64,000 nt of DNA from a virus, in the IMG/VR virus record IMGVR_UViG_3300030099_007267, positions 4,624 through 68,623 of that record; one strand, 5' to 3'. A program made the position numbers and the translations under genes. This document shows positions 32,007 through 42,368 of this stretch, in pieces (the stretch's first letter is position 1; each line of letters opens with the position of its first letter). The notes beneath the pieces were generated by a model. The model saw only the letters and a program-made list of their open reading frames with translations, had not been told where the DNA came from and made no database searches.

Positions 32007-34288
32007 ACAAAGATCAAATAAAAGGTTACGATTTCAGCGATGATTCATTGCCACCAAAGGTGGTTCTGGAGCACCTAAGAGCACACGACGCTAGGATGGA
32101 CGATGAGCAGCCGTATATGGCCTTGGCCAAGGCAAGCTATACGACAAGGTTCTGGAGGTACATTGAAGGTTCTGAGGATCTAAACTCGACTTATGAGATG
32201 AGTAAGCTGGATCAAGTAGAGGTGAACAGAATAAAGCCAGCGCTGACGGGATACTTGGCGAACCTGTATCCAAGACGAATGAAGGTTGTTGTTGGTCAAT
32301 CTCCTTATACAACGGGAGACACCGCAAAAGCTGAAATGCTTGTCAACGATTGGATTAACCAGCCAACAATGAGAGAGCGAATTTTGGCTGCTTCTCGACA
32401 GGCGTTGTTGTACAAAGGAGCAGGAGCGAAAGTTGGATACGACCCTGCTGAGGAGGGTTTAAACCGTGTTTGGATGCGCGTTTTTCCTTATTGGGAGATG
32501 GTTCTTGATAGCGACGTACATGACTGGGATGATGCTCGTTTTGTCGGTCATGTTAGTTACCAACCTCGTTCCGAAATCATTAAGAAGTACGGTTTGGAGG
32601 AGGATCTTAGTGGCGTTGCTCGCGACGATTATCTTGGAGCTTATCTGGCAAATTCGAAAAGAGTCGGTCACAAGGAGCAAGATGCGGACGATGACTCGAC
32701 AGCTTTTGTTCGAGTTCTAGAGTTCTGTAACTTGGTTGATGACTTCTACGATACCGACGGAACCAGATACAAAGGTCGTTTGGAAATATACGTTCTGGAT
32801 GGCTATGATGGAGACAAACCAGTATATATTGGGCCTCTTCCACTTGTGGATGGAAACGGGAAGAGCCTACCTCATATTGTGCCGTTGATATTCGAACACG
32901 AACCAGAGTATCCGTATCGAGGATTGGCGTATGCTGAGCAGCTACTTCCACAACAAAAGGAACTGAATACAATGCGTTCGTATTTGGCTCAGTCAGCCAG
33001 ACGAGATGCACGTATGTATTTGGCACCGAAGGGAGCTTTGGATGCTGACGCGATGGATAATCTGTCGAGTGGTGAGGATGGTTCCATTATAGAGGTAGAC
33101 GAACAGTATGCAGGTAACCTAGGGAACGTTGTTGTCCCAGTTATGCACGGACCTGTGAGTAGTAACATATTTAATTCTATGAGTTTGTCGGAAGCGGATT
33201 TTGATCGATCACAGGCCATCTCTCCTTCTGCTCTTGGACAAGTAACCAAGGCAACAGCCAGTGAGATTATGGCGATTGAGGGGCATACTCAGTCGGAGTT
33301 TGGTCGTCACGCAGAACAAAGAGACTTGTTTTTGATACGTATCGTTGAGCGTTGTTTGGCTGCACACGTGGCTTCATTGTACGACACAGGAGACTCAGAA
33401 GGTGCAGAACAAAACATTGACGAACAAGGAATTGAACTGAGCGATTCTGAACTCGAGGAACGTAGAGACGCACAAGGAATTGAAGAGAAGCCGGAGTTCA
33501 CGCCGCACGAAATGTATGATCCTGAAACTGGCAAAGCTGAGTTTGCGGAGACAGAAGAAGAACATTTGCGTTTGGGTGAAGAAGGATACGGACACGAAAA
33601 GATAGAAGAAATAAAAGAAGACGACGATGATTTGGATGAAGACGATTCATCCATCATTGATCTTGCTGCTCGTGTTGAGCCTGAACGTCAGACCGCTGAG
33701 CAGTCAAGAGTGGAACGTTCCTTGGTTTTGTTAGACAGCAGAGGAGAACGAGTAGACGTTATGGCGGAGGACATAGACAGTGATTTTGACATCGGATTTT
33801 CAGAAGCTGGTCGTTCTCCATTATCTCGGATCGAAATGCGAAATAACATCTTGCAATTATCCGACAAGCTATTGCAATTACTACAAGTTGCCCAGCAAGC
33901 ACAGGGTACAATGTCAACGTTGGCAATTGAAATGTATAAAACAATTCATGAGCAATTCGAGTTCCCGAAAAACCTTTCGTTTGATTACATTGAGGGACAG
34001 GCTGCTCAGCAAGCCGAAGAGGCTCCACAAGAGGTTCCACCAGAAGCTCAAGAGGAACCTGCCGAAGCTCCTCCAGAGGAGACCCAGCAAAGTGAAGCGC
34101 CATCTCCGGAAGAGGTCATAGAGCAGATCAAACAGTTACCCCCTGAGCAAGCATTGGAAGCTTTGAGCCAGATTTTTGCTGACGATCCCAAAGCGATGGA
34201 AGTAATTGAGAAGGCAAAGGGTCTTCCAGCAGAACAGCAACAACAGGCTGTACAGATGCTTTTAGAAGCAATTGAGGTCGCGCAATGA
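32003..34288 (+). CDS. portal protein with acidic insertion and tail
   Basis: Follows TerL; VNRIKP, KVGYD, KATASEI motifs typical of P22/T7-like portals. Confidence 0.85.
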   Translation: MNKDQIKGYDFSDDSLPPKVVLEHLRAHDARMDDEQPYMALAKASYTTRFWRYIEGSEDLNSTYEMSKLDQVEVNRIKPALTGYLANLYPRRMKVVVGQSPYTTGDTAKAEMLVNDWINQPTMRERILAASRQALLYKGAGAKVGYDPAEEGLNRVWMRVFPYWEMVLDSDVHDWDDARFVGHVSYQPRSEIIKKYGLEEDLSGVARDDYLGAYLANSKRVGHKEQDADDDSTAFVRVLEFCNLVDDFYDTDGTRYKGRLEIYVLDGYDGDKPVYIGPLPLVDGNGKSLPHIVPLIFEHEPEYPYRGLAYAEQLLPQQKELNTMRSYLAQSARRDARMYLAPKGALDADAMDNLSSGEDGSIIEVDEQYAGNLGNVVVPVMHGPVSSNIFNSMSLSEADFDRSQAISPSALGQVTKATASEIMAIEGHTQSEFGRHAEQRDLFLIRIVERCLAAHVASLYDTGDSEGAEQNIDEQGIELSDSELEERRDAQGIEEKPEFTPHEMYDPETGKAEFAETEEEHLRLGEEGYGHEKIEEIKEDDDDLDEDDSSIIDLAARVEPERQTAEQSRVERSLVLLDSRGERVDVMAEDIDSDFDIGFSEAGRSPLSRIEMRNNILQLSDKLLQLLQVAQQAQGTMSTLAIEMYKTIHEQFEFPKNLSFDYIEGQAAQQAEEAPQEVPPEAQEEPAEAPPEETQQSEAPSPEEVIEQIKQLPPEQALEALSQIFADDPKAMEVIEKAKGLPAEQQQQAVQMLLEAIEVAQ

Positions 34289-34767
34289 TCAGAGAATATT
34301 TAGTCTGTAAGAACTACAGATGTAGACAATGCAGATTTGAAGGGGAGACGTACGGGTACATTAAGGGTGATGAATTTTTAATGGATACGTTTGATCCTTG
34401 TGAAGAGTGTGGAAGCCTCGATTTGGACTTCCTTTTATCGGTTCCTGCGATTGAGGATACGGAGAGATATCCGTATTTTGATCGAGGGTTGGGCATAACG
34501 TTGGAAAGCAAAGAACACCGAAAGCGTGAGTGCAAGAAGAGAGGGGTTGTTGCGATTGATGGGGACATTGATTTTGCAGACGACTATGGAAAACTAGAGC
34601 GAAAGAACGCAGAAGCGGATAAAATTGTAGCAGATATGCAGGATCGAATTGACAATCATCCTGGATACGCTGAATACAGAAAAAAGAAAGATCAAGGTTG
34701 GAAACCAAAACACGTGCATCGAGATCAAGGAATTGCTCCCGGTGTGGATCCATTTAATGAGGGATAA
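34285..34767 (+). CDS. FmdB-like Zn-ribbon protein
   Basis: YRCRQC...CEECGS; YFDRGLG...S..HR. Confidence 0.7.
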   Translation: MIREYLVCKNYRCRQCRFEGETYGYIKGDEFLMDTFDPCEECGSLDLDFLLSVPAIEDTERYPYFDRGLGITLESKEHRKRECKKRGVVAIDGDIDFADDYGKLERKNAEADKIVADMQDRIDNHPGYAEYRKKKDQGWKPKHVHRDQGIAPGVDPFNEG

Positions 34768-34768
34768 A

Positions 34769-35317
34769 ATGCAAGAAGAAATGAACGAACAACAAGAGAT
34801 GCAGCCTGAAGGGGCACCACCAGCAGATCCGATGATGGCTGAACAACAAGCTCAAATCGAACAGATTGCTGCTACTGCACCGATGCCGGAAAAGCCTTAC
34901 ACCTATAAGGCGATTGATAAGTTTGCTGATGCAATGAACGCTTTTGTTGGTGGTATTGATCCAAACATGGCTGCTGCTGAGTACAACCCACCGGAAGGAG
35001 AGAAGAAACTTGACGCTCCTCTTCCTGCTGAAGTATACGTACCATTTGCAGTAATTATGGGTTTTATTTCACAACTTGGTGGATTTGACAAATATATTAT
35101 GCGACCGGAAGACTTGGTGTCTGACACTGCACTGTCCAAAGGTGCTGCCAATTTCAAGCGAATGGGCAAAGACAAGAAGCTGAATGAAGCATTGAAAGCT
35201 GGGCCCGAGGCTCCTCCTGCTGAGCAAGATCCAGCGATGAGTGATGCTGAAATGGAAGCTGGTCGCATGCCAGGCTCTCCGTCTCCAGAAGACGAAGAAA
35301 TTATGAACATGATGTAA
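34769..35317 (+). CDS. hypothetical head-region protein
   Basis: Start MQEEM after GAGG; acidic, Pro/Met-rich. Confidence 0.7.
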   Translation: MQEEMNEQQEMQPEGAPPADPMMAEQQAQIEQIAATAPMPEKPYTYKAIDKFADAMNAFVGGIDPNMAAAEYNPPEGEKKLDAPLPAEVYVPFAVIMGFISQLGGFDKYIMRPEDLVSDTALSKGAANFKRMGKDKKLNEALKAGPEAPPAEQDPAMSDAEMEAGRMPGSPSPEDEEIMNMM

Positions 35318-35327
35318 TGAGGTAAAA

Positions 35328-36338
35328 ATGAACGACACCCCAGTAGAAACCCCTGCCGCAGAAACAGCGGTAGCTGAAACCCCTATAGAAACCCCTGCCG
35401 TTGAAACAGCGGTAGCCGAAGAAACCCCTGCCGTTGAAACAGCGGTAGCCGTAGAGACTCCTGTTGTTGAAACGACAGAAGCTCCTGTTGCTGAGGCGAG
35501 TTCTAGCCCATCCAAACTTGATGGTTTACTGGACGCGTTTGGAGATTTTCCGGACGAACCGAGTGAAGCTTTGTTGGAAACGTTAGACGAGAAGACCATT
35601 CGCAATCTTCCAGATTCGATGAAAGGTCTTTTCAAGCATATGGTAGCCGCAGAGCGTCGTCGAGTGCGTGAATTGGAAGAGAAGATTAATTCTAGAAACG
35701 AGCAGTTGGACAAAAAATACGAAGAATTAAAAGAGCAGAACCGAGTAGTTATTCGCAATCGTGCTCAATTAAATCAGGTTTTGTTGGATCCAAAGTTTCA
35801 AGAGTATTTGAAGGCGGCTGACACTCCAGAAGAAGAGATGAAGGATCCACTGTCTCCTGAAGGGATTGAGCAAAGAATTAAGAAAGGCGTTGCTGAGGCA
35901 ATGAGGAGCTTTCAACAGCCCATTCAAGAAAGTGCTACTCGTGCAAGACAGATGGCTCGATATCAAGATTTTGTCGCTGAACATCCTCAAATGGAGGACA
36001 AAGGCTTTAAAACTCAGGTTCGTGATTTAATGCAAACGAGAAGAGATTCAGGCACAGCTATCTCTTTGGAAGACGCTTATGCGCTTGTAGAAAGAGACAG
36101 AATGTTGAAAGAGCGAGAAAAACAGACTGCTAAGGACAGATTGAAAAGAAGCGAAAGTGCCCGACAAGTTGCGAGAAGTACAGTATCTTCCTCTAACGAT
36201 TCTGGTGACCCTGTACCAAAGTGGGTTACAGAACGTGGCTATAACGGTGTACGTGGAGCCTCTGCTCGTATAATGTATTTACGAGACAACCCGTCTGCGT
36301 TAAAAAAATTACGCGCTCAACAGAAGTCTCGTAGATAA
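35328..36338 (+). CDS. capsid scaffolding protein
   Basis: Acidic repeat N-terminus, coiled coil, SLEDAY; directly before capsid gene. Confidence 0.8.
   Translation: MNDTPVETPAAETAVAETPIETPAVETAVAEETPAVETAVAVETPVVETTEAPVAEASSSPSKLDGLLDAFGDFPDEPSEALLETLDEKTIRNLPDSMKGLFKHMVAAERRRVRELEEKINSRNEQLDKKYEELKEQNRVVIRNRAQLNQVLLDPKFQEYLKAADTPEEEMKDPLSPEGIEQRIKKGVAEAMRSFQQPIQESATRARQMARYQDFVAEHPQMEDKGFKTQVRDLMQTRRDSGTAISLEDAYALVERDRMLKEREKQTAKDRLKRSESARQVARSTVSSSNDSGDPVPKWVTERGYNGVRGASARIMYLRDNPSALKKLRAQQKSRR
35345..35480 (+). repeat. tandem ETP(A/V)VETAVA coding repeats
   Basis: GAAACCCCTGCCG(TT/CA)GAAACAGCGGTAGC three times plus degenerate copies. Confidence 0.9.
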
Positions 36339-36358
36339 AATTTTTATGGAGTAATCAA

Positions 36359-37417
36359 ATGGCTACTACAACTTTAACAGTAGATAATGAGCTTCTCTCG
36401 GCTACCTCGATAGAAGCGGCAAAAGAAGCTCGTGACTTGCGTCACGTCGTAACTCCTTTTCTGGCTGAGCAAGCTCGCGTTCACGGAGAGGGACAACCAA
36501 GCAAAGGATCTGGACACAAATGGATAGGGGCTTTCTCTACCGGTAATCACAGTTCTGCTACAAAAAGACAGACTGGATATGAGCAAATGAATCTGTCGTT
36601 CAGTGGAGTTCTTACTCCGTTGGTTTTGACTCCTGCTGAGGTTAGCTATCCGATTGGTATCTCTGCAGTTGAAGAAGACCTTAATGGTGGTGATTTACAA
36701 ACAATCGAATTGGCATCTCGACGCGCTAAGGCGGTAATGAACAAAGCCAAGCGTGACTTCGAAGAGCACATTCTTTGTGGATCTGTAAGTCAGTATGATG
36801 ATTGGCATACCTTGGAAGGTACAGTCAACGGTGATGGATTCCTTGAAGCTGTTGCTTTTGGTTCTCAAAACAACGTCATCGGTGGTTTCTCCAAAGCTAC
36901 CTTCGCTGCTTTGCCAGGTGCAAACAATCAATTTGCAGATGTAGGTGGTTCATTTAATACTTCTGGTTTAAGTAGTATTTATCGTACAATCATCAAAGCC
37001 AAAGCACGCGCAACTGACGATTTGGCGGGGCTTACCGTAATTTGTTCAGAAAAGTCGCTTGAGAACTACAAAAGGACTCTACAAGCGAATGAGCGGTACA
37101 TGATTATGGACAATGATGACAAGATCGACGGTGCAAATATGAACCTGATGATTTCTGGAATTCCTGCTCACGTATCAACCTTCTTGGGTAGCTACAGTGC
37201 GCAAGCTGGTCAACGACACAGTATGTACATCTTGGATCTAAATGCTATTTACGTTTGTTGGTCAAAAGTAATCCGCGATGGTTATTTCAGCATGAGTGAT
37301 TTCGCCAATGTTGGTAACGGATACAATGTACGCGTAGCTGAAGTATTGGTTAGAGGTCAACTCTGGGCTGAAAACTTTGGATCTTCCGCTGTTATTGCTG
37401 ACGCAGAAACCTTTTAA
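36359..37417 (+). CDS. major capsid protein
   Basis: 352 aa after scaffold; TPFL, MYILD, RGQL pattern of HK97-fold podovirus capsids. Confidence 0.85.
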   Translation: MATTTLTVDNELLSATSIEAAKEARDLRHVVTPFLAEQARVHGEGQPSKGSGHKWIGAFSTGNHSSATKRQTGYEQMNLSFSGVLTPLVLTPAEVSYPIGISAVEEDLNGGDLQTIELASRRAKAVMNKAKRDFEEHILCGSVSQYDDWHTLEGTVNGDGFLEAVAFGSQNNVIGGFSKATFAALPGANNQFADVGGSFNTSGLSSIYRTIIKAKARATDDLAGLTVICSEKSLENYKRTLQANERYMIMDNDDKIDGANMNLMISGIPAHVSTFLGSYSAQAGQRHSMYILDLNAIYVCWSKVIRDGYFSMSDFANVGNGYNVRVAEVLVRGQLWAENFGSSAVIADAETF

Positions 37418-37444
37418 TTAGAATAATCTTAGGAGAATAAGAAA

Positions 37445-37984
37445 ATGGCTAACTACCCAAACAAAATTGATGGAATTGGAACTCGTAAAGATGGTTCTGG
37501 TGGATTTAAAGCGAATACAAGTGTACAGCCTAAGAGAATTATACGGATGATCGGTTTTTCTACCGACAGCGGTTCTGCTGTTACTTACACCAAAGGCGAC
37601 GCAGTGGCTTTGCAGATTGCTTCTGCTAACGTTGGTGGAACTGACATTCTCAGTTCTTTTGGAACTGGAAATGTAATAAAACTAGCCTCAGCAACAACAG
37701 AACTGTTGTGTGTAGGAATTGTTGCGGAAACTATAACTGCATCTGTAAATGATACTGTAGGTGAAAGCGTTATTGTGCAAGTACAAGTTTCAGGTATTTT
37801 CGAAAAAGCTAATGTGGCAACAGGGTCAACAAGTGGTTTACATGTGTTCCCTTCTTCAACTGGTGGTCGGTTGGATCTAATACCTTCTTCAGATGCAGAT
37901 ACGAACAAGCCTCTTGCGATTGCTCTTGGAAATGCTTCAAGCAATAAAGCCAATGTTATGTTGCTCAATCCTTTGAGTTACTAA
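37445..37984 (+). CDS. capsid decoration/cement protein
   Basis: KGDAV..VGIVAE..VQVSG..AIAL pattern; follows capsid gene. Confidence 0.7.
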   Translation: MANYPNKIDGIGTRKDGSGGFKANTSVQPKRIIRMIGFSTDSGSAVTYTKGDAVALQIASANVGGTDILSSFGTGNVIKLASATTELLCVGIVAETITASVNDTVGESVIVQVQVSGIFEKANVATGSTSGLHVFPSSTGGRLDLIPSSDADTNKPLAIALGNASSNKANVMLLNPLSY

Positions 37985-38013
37985 TAAAAATCAAGAAGTC
38001 TAGTGAATAACGG

Positions 38014-38039
38014 AGGGGGTGGCTTGCCATCCCCTTTTT
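38014..38039 (+). terminator. terminator after capsid genes
   Basis: AGGGGGTGGC-TT-GCCATCCCCT-TTTT. Confidence 0.75.
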
Positions 38040-38055
38040 CAATTGGAGAGTAAAA

Positions 38056-39444
38056 ATGAATGTATCTGAGATACGACAGCGTATATTTGACCAGATGGAT
38101 TACTTTCCGGACTTGCAGCAGTACAGAGACTCTGTTGTCCGTCGATTAAACGATCGATATCAGGAGCTATGCGACTCTGCTCATTGGTTGTTTTTGCAGA
38201 AGGAAAGAGAAATTACCTTGCGAAAAGCCATCGAGGGAAGCTCAACGGGTCCAGGTATACAGGTTACAAGTGCCACCAATGCGAGAAAGGTCACAGCAGT
38301 AGGTTTTACTCCAAATCTTCAGATGGAGTCGCAAACCTTAACGAACACAACAACAAGCAAAGAATTTACAATTATCCGAGTTGAGGAGGACACTTCTTCT
38401 AATCCTTCGACATTTCATTTCTTCATTGATGATGATTGGGACGGCACGGCAGATGGCTCCACTGTGTTCAACTGGAAGATTACGTATCAACGTTTTGCCC
38501 TTCCAAGAGACTGCATTGAGGTGCTGTCTTTTACCGACCGGGATGCAGACAGGGGTAAGCTGTTGTACGTCAATCGCAGAAGAGAGGAGTTTGCTTATTT
38601 GGATGCAGACAACACGGGTGATTCTTCTGCAGTTGTTGAAGATGAGCATATCACAGATGACCCTCCTTTGAACACACCGACATTCATAACCGTTAATTCT
38701 GGTGCCTTTACTGCCAACAATTTGTTGGGGAGCACGACGTATGAGTACAAGTACACGATATATCGAGAAGGAAGAGAATCACCACCGTCTCTTCCGGTAA
38801 GCGTCACCACTGGTGCCGTAGCTAATCCAACGGGTCCAAATCAACCAATTATCTCGTTGGGAAATTTAGATAACACTGGTTTTTTTGCAACAGCATCATC
38901 ATTGACGAGAACAGACAGTGGAATGGCAAAACTGATATATCGTAGAGATGTAACCAATGATGGTAAATGGATGTTGGTTGGGTCGGCAGACAGCAACAGT
39001 TTGGTTTTTACTGATCAAGAACTTCATCCAAAGAAGGCGTTCAGCTATCAAATTAATCCTGACTTTCGGTTTTCCAACTCAACAAATGTTTTACGATTTG
39101 AGGACTCTGGGCCGGTTCAATATGTTCGGTTTTGGTATACTCCAGATACAGATAAGAACATTCATATTCGATATCATTATCGTCCCAAGGATTTGATTGC
39201 CGACAATGACGCTCCAGTCATACCTCGTCAATATCATGTTGTCCTTGTGTATATGACGTTACAAGACATGTTCTTGCAAATGCAAGATACGACACAGAGT
39301 CAGTTGTACGAGAGGCGAGCAGCATTGTTGTTGGCTCAGTTGAGGCGACGTTATCTGACTAGAGATGACGACAGGAAGAGGATGCAGCGATGGGATCGAC
39401 CACGCAGGAACAGAAATGTGTACGGTACCCCAACGATTAATTAA
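38056..39444 (+). CDS. head-tail adaptor with inserted beta domain
   Basis: N-terminal helix + W.FL, LPRDC, C-terminal DAPVIPRQYHVVLVY; internal YEYKYT..GRESPPS. Confidence 0.7.
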   Translation: MNVSEIRQRIFDQMDYFPDLQQYRDSVVRRLNDRYQELCDSAHWLFLQKEREITLRKAIEGSSTGPGIQVTSATNARKVTAVGFTPNLQMESQTLTNTTTSKEFTIIRVEEDTSSNPSTFHFFIDDDWDGTADGSTVFNWKITYQRFALPRDCIEVLSFTDRDADRGKLLYVNRRREEFAYLDADNTGDSSAVVEDEHITDDPPLNTPTFITVNSGAFTANNLLGSTTYEYKYTIYREGRESPPSLPVSVTTGAVANPTGPNQPIISLGNLDNTGFFATASSLTRTDSGMAKLIYRRDVTNDGKWMLVGSADSNSLVFTDQELHPKKAFSYQINPDFRFSNSTNVLRFEDSGPVQYVRFWYTPDTDKNIHIRYHYRPKDLIADNDAPVIPRQYHVVLVYMTLQDMFLQMQDTTQSQLYERRAALLLAQLRRRYLTRDDDRKRMQRWDRPRRNRNVYGTPTIN

Positions 39445-39490
39445 TCATATTTGAGTACACAACGAATAAATTCCAATCAAGAGATCAAAT

Positions 39491-41695
39491 ATGAGTATTA
39501 AAACATCCAAGTTTATTGTAGCACCACTAAGAGGCATAGATCAGCGTTGGGAAGCTAGAGCAAATCAAGCTTCGCACATTGAGAACATGGTGTGGAGTGA
39601 TCAAGATAGCTGGAGAACCGCGTTTGGATATCGCAGGTTGGTTGAGGATTACACGACAGATTCTAAGGAAGGTGTGGTAACGGGCGATGATGGGCCGGGT
39701 GCCTTAACGCTTCCCTCTTCGTCCACGATTAATTATTACGACTACAATTCTCCTCCAAATAGTTTGTTTTGGTTTGGTCAGCACGGAAGTGCACTGCAGT
39801 GGTTGGTGTACGAAAATAAGAATGGAGGCTTTCGTTATTTCAATGGATCTAAAGCTCCAAATGATCCCAGTACAATTATTCAGTTTGTGAATGGCACGCT
39901 CATCAATGGCGATCCGTCATCGTATCGAAACAGATCAGGAGCCAATGGTCAGGATATTAGTCATACATATTTTACATTATATGGAAGCAATTTGTACTTG
40001 GTTAATGGAGTAGACGCTCCTCTTGTTTTTGACGGAAAAAAATGCACTCGCGCAGGATTTAGCACCAAACCAAATCAACCTCGGGCATACATTACGCAGA
40101 AAACGGCTATACGCAGTACGTTTCCAACAGGTGTTGGTCACGCAGGATCCAACAACGAATTTAAATATGTAGTGACCTTTGTCAATGAACGTGGTCAAGA
40201 GAGCAGGATGTCAACAGCTTCTGCGACAGTCAAAATAGATACAACAGAAAATTTTGATGCAAGAGACTCTGACAATGCAACGTCTACATTGACGGCAGAC
40301 ACGTATAGGCATTTTGTCGTTGTCGAGATACCAAGAGGGCCAATAGGAACAGTAGCCAGAAGATTGTACAGAACTTTAAATTTAGAAACATTTATTGAAG
40401 GTTCAAATGTTGTGACGCTACCCAAAGAATCTTTATTCGGTGGCGAGTATTACTTTTTGGACGAAATACAGGACAATATAACAGAGTTATATGTAGACGG
40501 ACTGGGAGATTTTGACTTAGGCGCATTGACGTTGGAGCACGACTATGGAGATTTTCCAAAGAACAGTTCAAAGCTAGCTGTGTTCAAAAATACAATGTTT
40601 GTTGCTGGTGATACAAACGAAGAGTTGAGATACAGTCGACCTCTAAATCCAGAAGTATTCCCACCGGACAATGTTTTTAGTTTGGCAGACAATCAAACCT
40701 CATTGATCACTGGATTGTATCCAACAGGAGACTCTTTGGTGGTCTTTAAGCATAGAGCGATTTACCTAGTGAAAGGTGATCCGGTCAGTGGTTTTTTCGC
40801 ACAGACTCTAACAACTGATATCGGTTGCATTTCAAATCAGACAATTCGAGAGGTACCTGGCGTTGGTTTGGTTTTTATGGCCAATGATGGCATTTATGTT
40901 TTGGAAGGCACCTACCACAGCACACAGCAGACTAGGTTCTTCAAGCTGTCTCAGGGATTGAGAGATATTTTCAATCGAGTCAACACTCAATTTGCAAATA
41001 ATTTCCGTAGTCTTATTTACCACAAAGATCGAGAATACTGGGTTACTGTTGCAATGGATGGAGAAACAATTCCACACAAGGTGTTCAAGTTTTCTTATGA
41101 GATCGGTGCTTGGTCAGTTTATGAATCCAGCCAAGTGGCAGGATTAATTGAGACACAAGATCACAGAGGATACTTGATGCTTGCTGGGCCAAATTTGGTG
41201 TCTACGACTGCTTCTAGAGGATTGTATGTATATGGAGGCACAAATCAGTTAGGATTGCTCGGAACAATAACCTCGACCTACGAAACAGTAAACCTACCGT
41301 TCAATAGTGTGTACGAAAACTTCTCTCCCGTTCGAGTGATGAGTAGAATTGTTGGATACGGCAATACGATGACAATGGAGGTAACAGTAAATAGAGAGCC
41401 AGCTACGGTTGCAACAACAGCAACCGTCACTCAACTTAGACCATTAGAAGATGCTCAATTTCCTTTGTATGGTTCTACAACATTTGATGGTACAGCGGTA
41501 TACAAAGAACACCGACCAGTTGTGGCTCGTCTTGATTTTTCCACGATGCACAAAGGGCCAGTCAACGAGTTAAAATTAAAGTTCACTTGTTCTGACGAGA
41601 TGGAAATTGTAAACTATGAGCTAGAGGGTCGACTAGGGACTCGCAGAGATGTTATACCATTGACAGAAAAGTTAGGTGGGAGTTTGAAGAGATAA
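39491..41695 (+). CDS. tail nozzle/stabilisation protein (P22 gp10/T7 gp12-like)
   Basis: LRYSRPLNPEVFP, LVVFK, DIGCIS, DGIY beta-propeller motifs. Confidence 0.8.
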   Translation: MSIKTSKFIVAPLRGIDQRWEARANQASHIENMVWSDQDSWRTAFGYRRLVEDYTTDSKEGVVTGDDGPGALTLPSSSTINYYDYNSPPNSLFWFGQHGSALQWLVYENKNGGFRYFNGSKAPNDPSTIIQFVNGTLINGDPSSYRNRSGANGQDISHTYFTLYGSNLYLVNGVDAPLVFDGKKCTRAGFSTKPNQPRAYITQKTAIRSTFPTGVGHAGSNNEFKYVVTFVNERGQESRMSTASATVKIDTTENFDARDSDNATSTLTADTYRHFVVVEIPRGPIGTVARRLYRTLNLETFIEGSNVVTLPKESLFGGEYYFLDEIQDNITELYVDGLGDFDLGALTLEHDYGDFPKNSSKLAVFKNTMFVAGDTNEELRYSRPLNPEVFPPDNVFSLADNQTSLITGLYPTGDSLVVFKHRAIYLVKGDPVSGFFAQTLTTDIGCISNQTIREVPGVGLVFMANDGIYVLEGTYHSTQQTRFFKLSQGLRDIFNRVNTQFANNFRSLIYHKDREYWVTVAMDGETIPHKVFKFSYEIGAWSVYESSQVAGLIETQDHRGYLMLAGPNLVSTTASRGLYVYGGTNQLGLLGTITSTYETVNLPFNSVYENFSPVRVMSRIVGYGNTMTMEVTVNREPATVATTATVTQLRPLEDAQFPLYGSTTFDGTAVYKEHRPVVARLDFSTMHKGPVNELKLKFTCSDEMEIVNYELEGRLGTRRDVIPLTEKLGGSLKR

Positions 41696-42366
41696 TGGCA
41701 CACAGGTATAAAAAATATGAGGTGCGAACCGGAGAAGTCATCGAACCCACAAGAATACGTGACAATATGCAGATATTGGGTCACGAGCTTAATGGGCATG
41801 TTGATCGAGACAATCTCCCGATGAAGGCTATAACTTCCAAGTCTATTGCGGATGAGGCTTTTAATATTGTTAAGACAGTAGCTTTCGACAGTATCAGTGT
41901 TCCGTTGGAAGATCAACCAATCCATTATGTGGATGTACAAGCACTTAAAATTACAGTTGATGTACCTGTTGATTGTGTGATCATTGGTCATTTTGGAGCT
42001 TGGTTCGAATGGGAAACCTTGACAGCATTAACCTCTGATTTATTTGATGACGGGAACAATGTTAAAACCAGATACGATACTTTAAATGCTTTTGGAGAGG
42101 GTCATTACCACGAAGCCCAAGAGCATTTTATTGATTTTAGAATGATGGTCAACGGAGAGGACATTTGCCAAACATTTAGCTTTCCGTTTGTGCGTCAATC
42201 ACAGAGTGTGTATATGACTGGGGCTATACCGGTAGCCGCTGGTAGTATAGAGCTTAAAATACAAGCTAGAATGTATCGAGATAACCTAGGGCAGAGAGAG
42301 GTCATAAGGGGTTTCAAGGTTACTATTCGAAACCGAAATTTAATTTTACATGCGAAAAAGAGGTAG
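41695..42366 (+). CDS. putative tail appendage protein 1
   Basis: LNGHVDRDNL N-terminal motif plus beta-sandwich; paralogous to next two. Confidence 0.65.
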   Translation: MAHRYKKYEVRTGEVIEPTRIRDNMQILGHELNGHVDRDNLPMKAITSKSIADEAFNIVKTVAFDSISVPLEDQPIHYVDVQALKITVDVPVDCVIIGHFGAWFEWETLTALTSDLFDDGNNVKTRYDTLNAFGEGHYHEAQEHFIDFRMMVNGEDICQTFSFPFVRQSQSVYMTGAIPVAAGSIELKIQARMYRDNLGQREVIRGFKVTIRNRNLILHAKKR

Positions 42367-42368
42367 CA

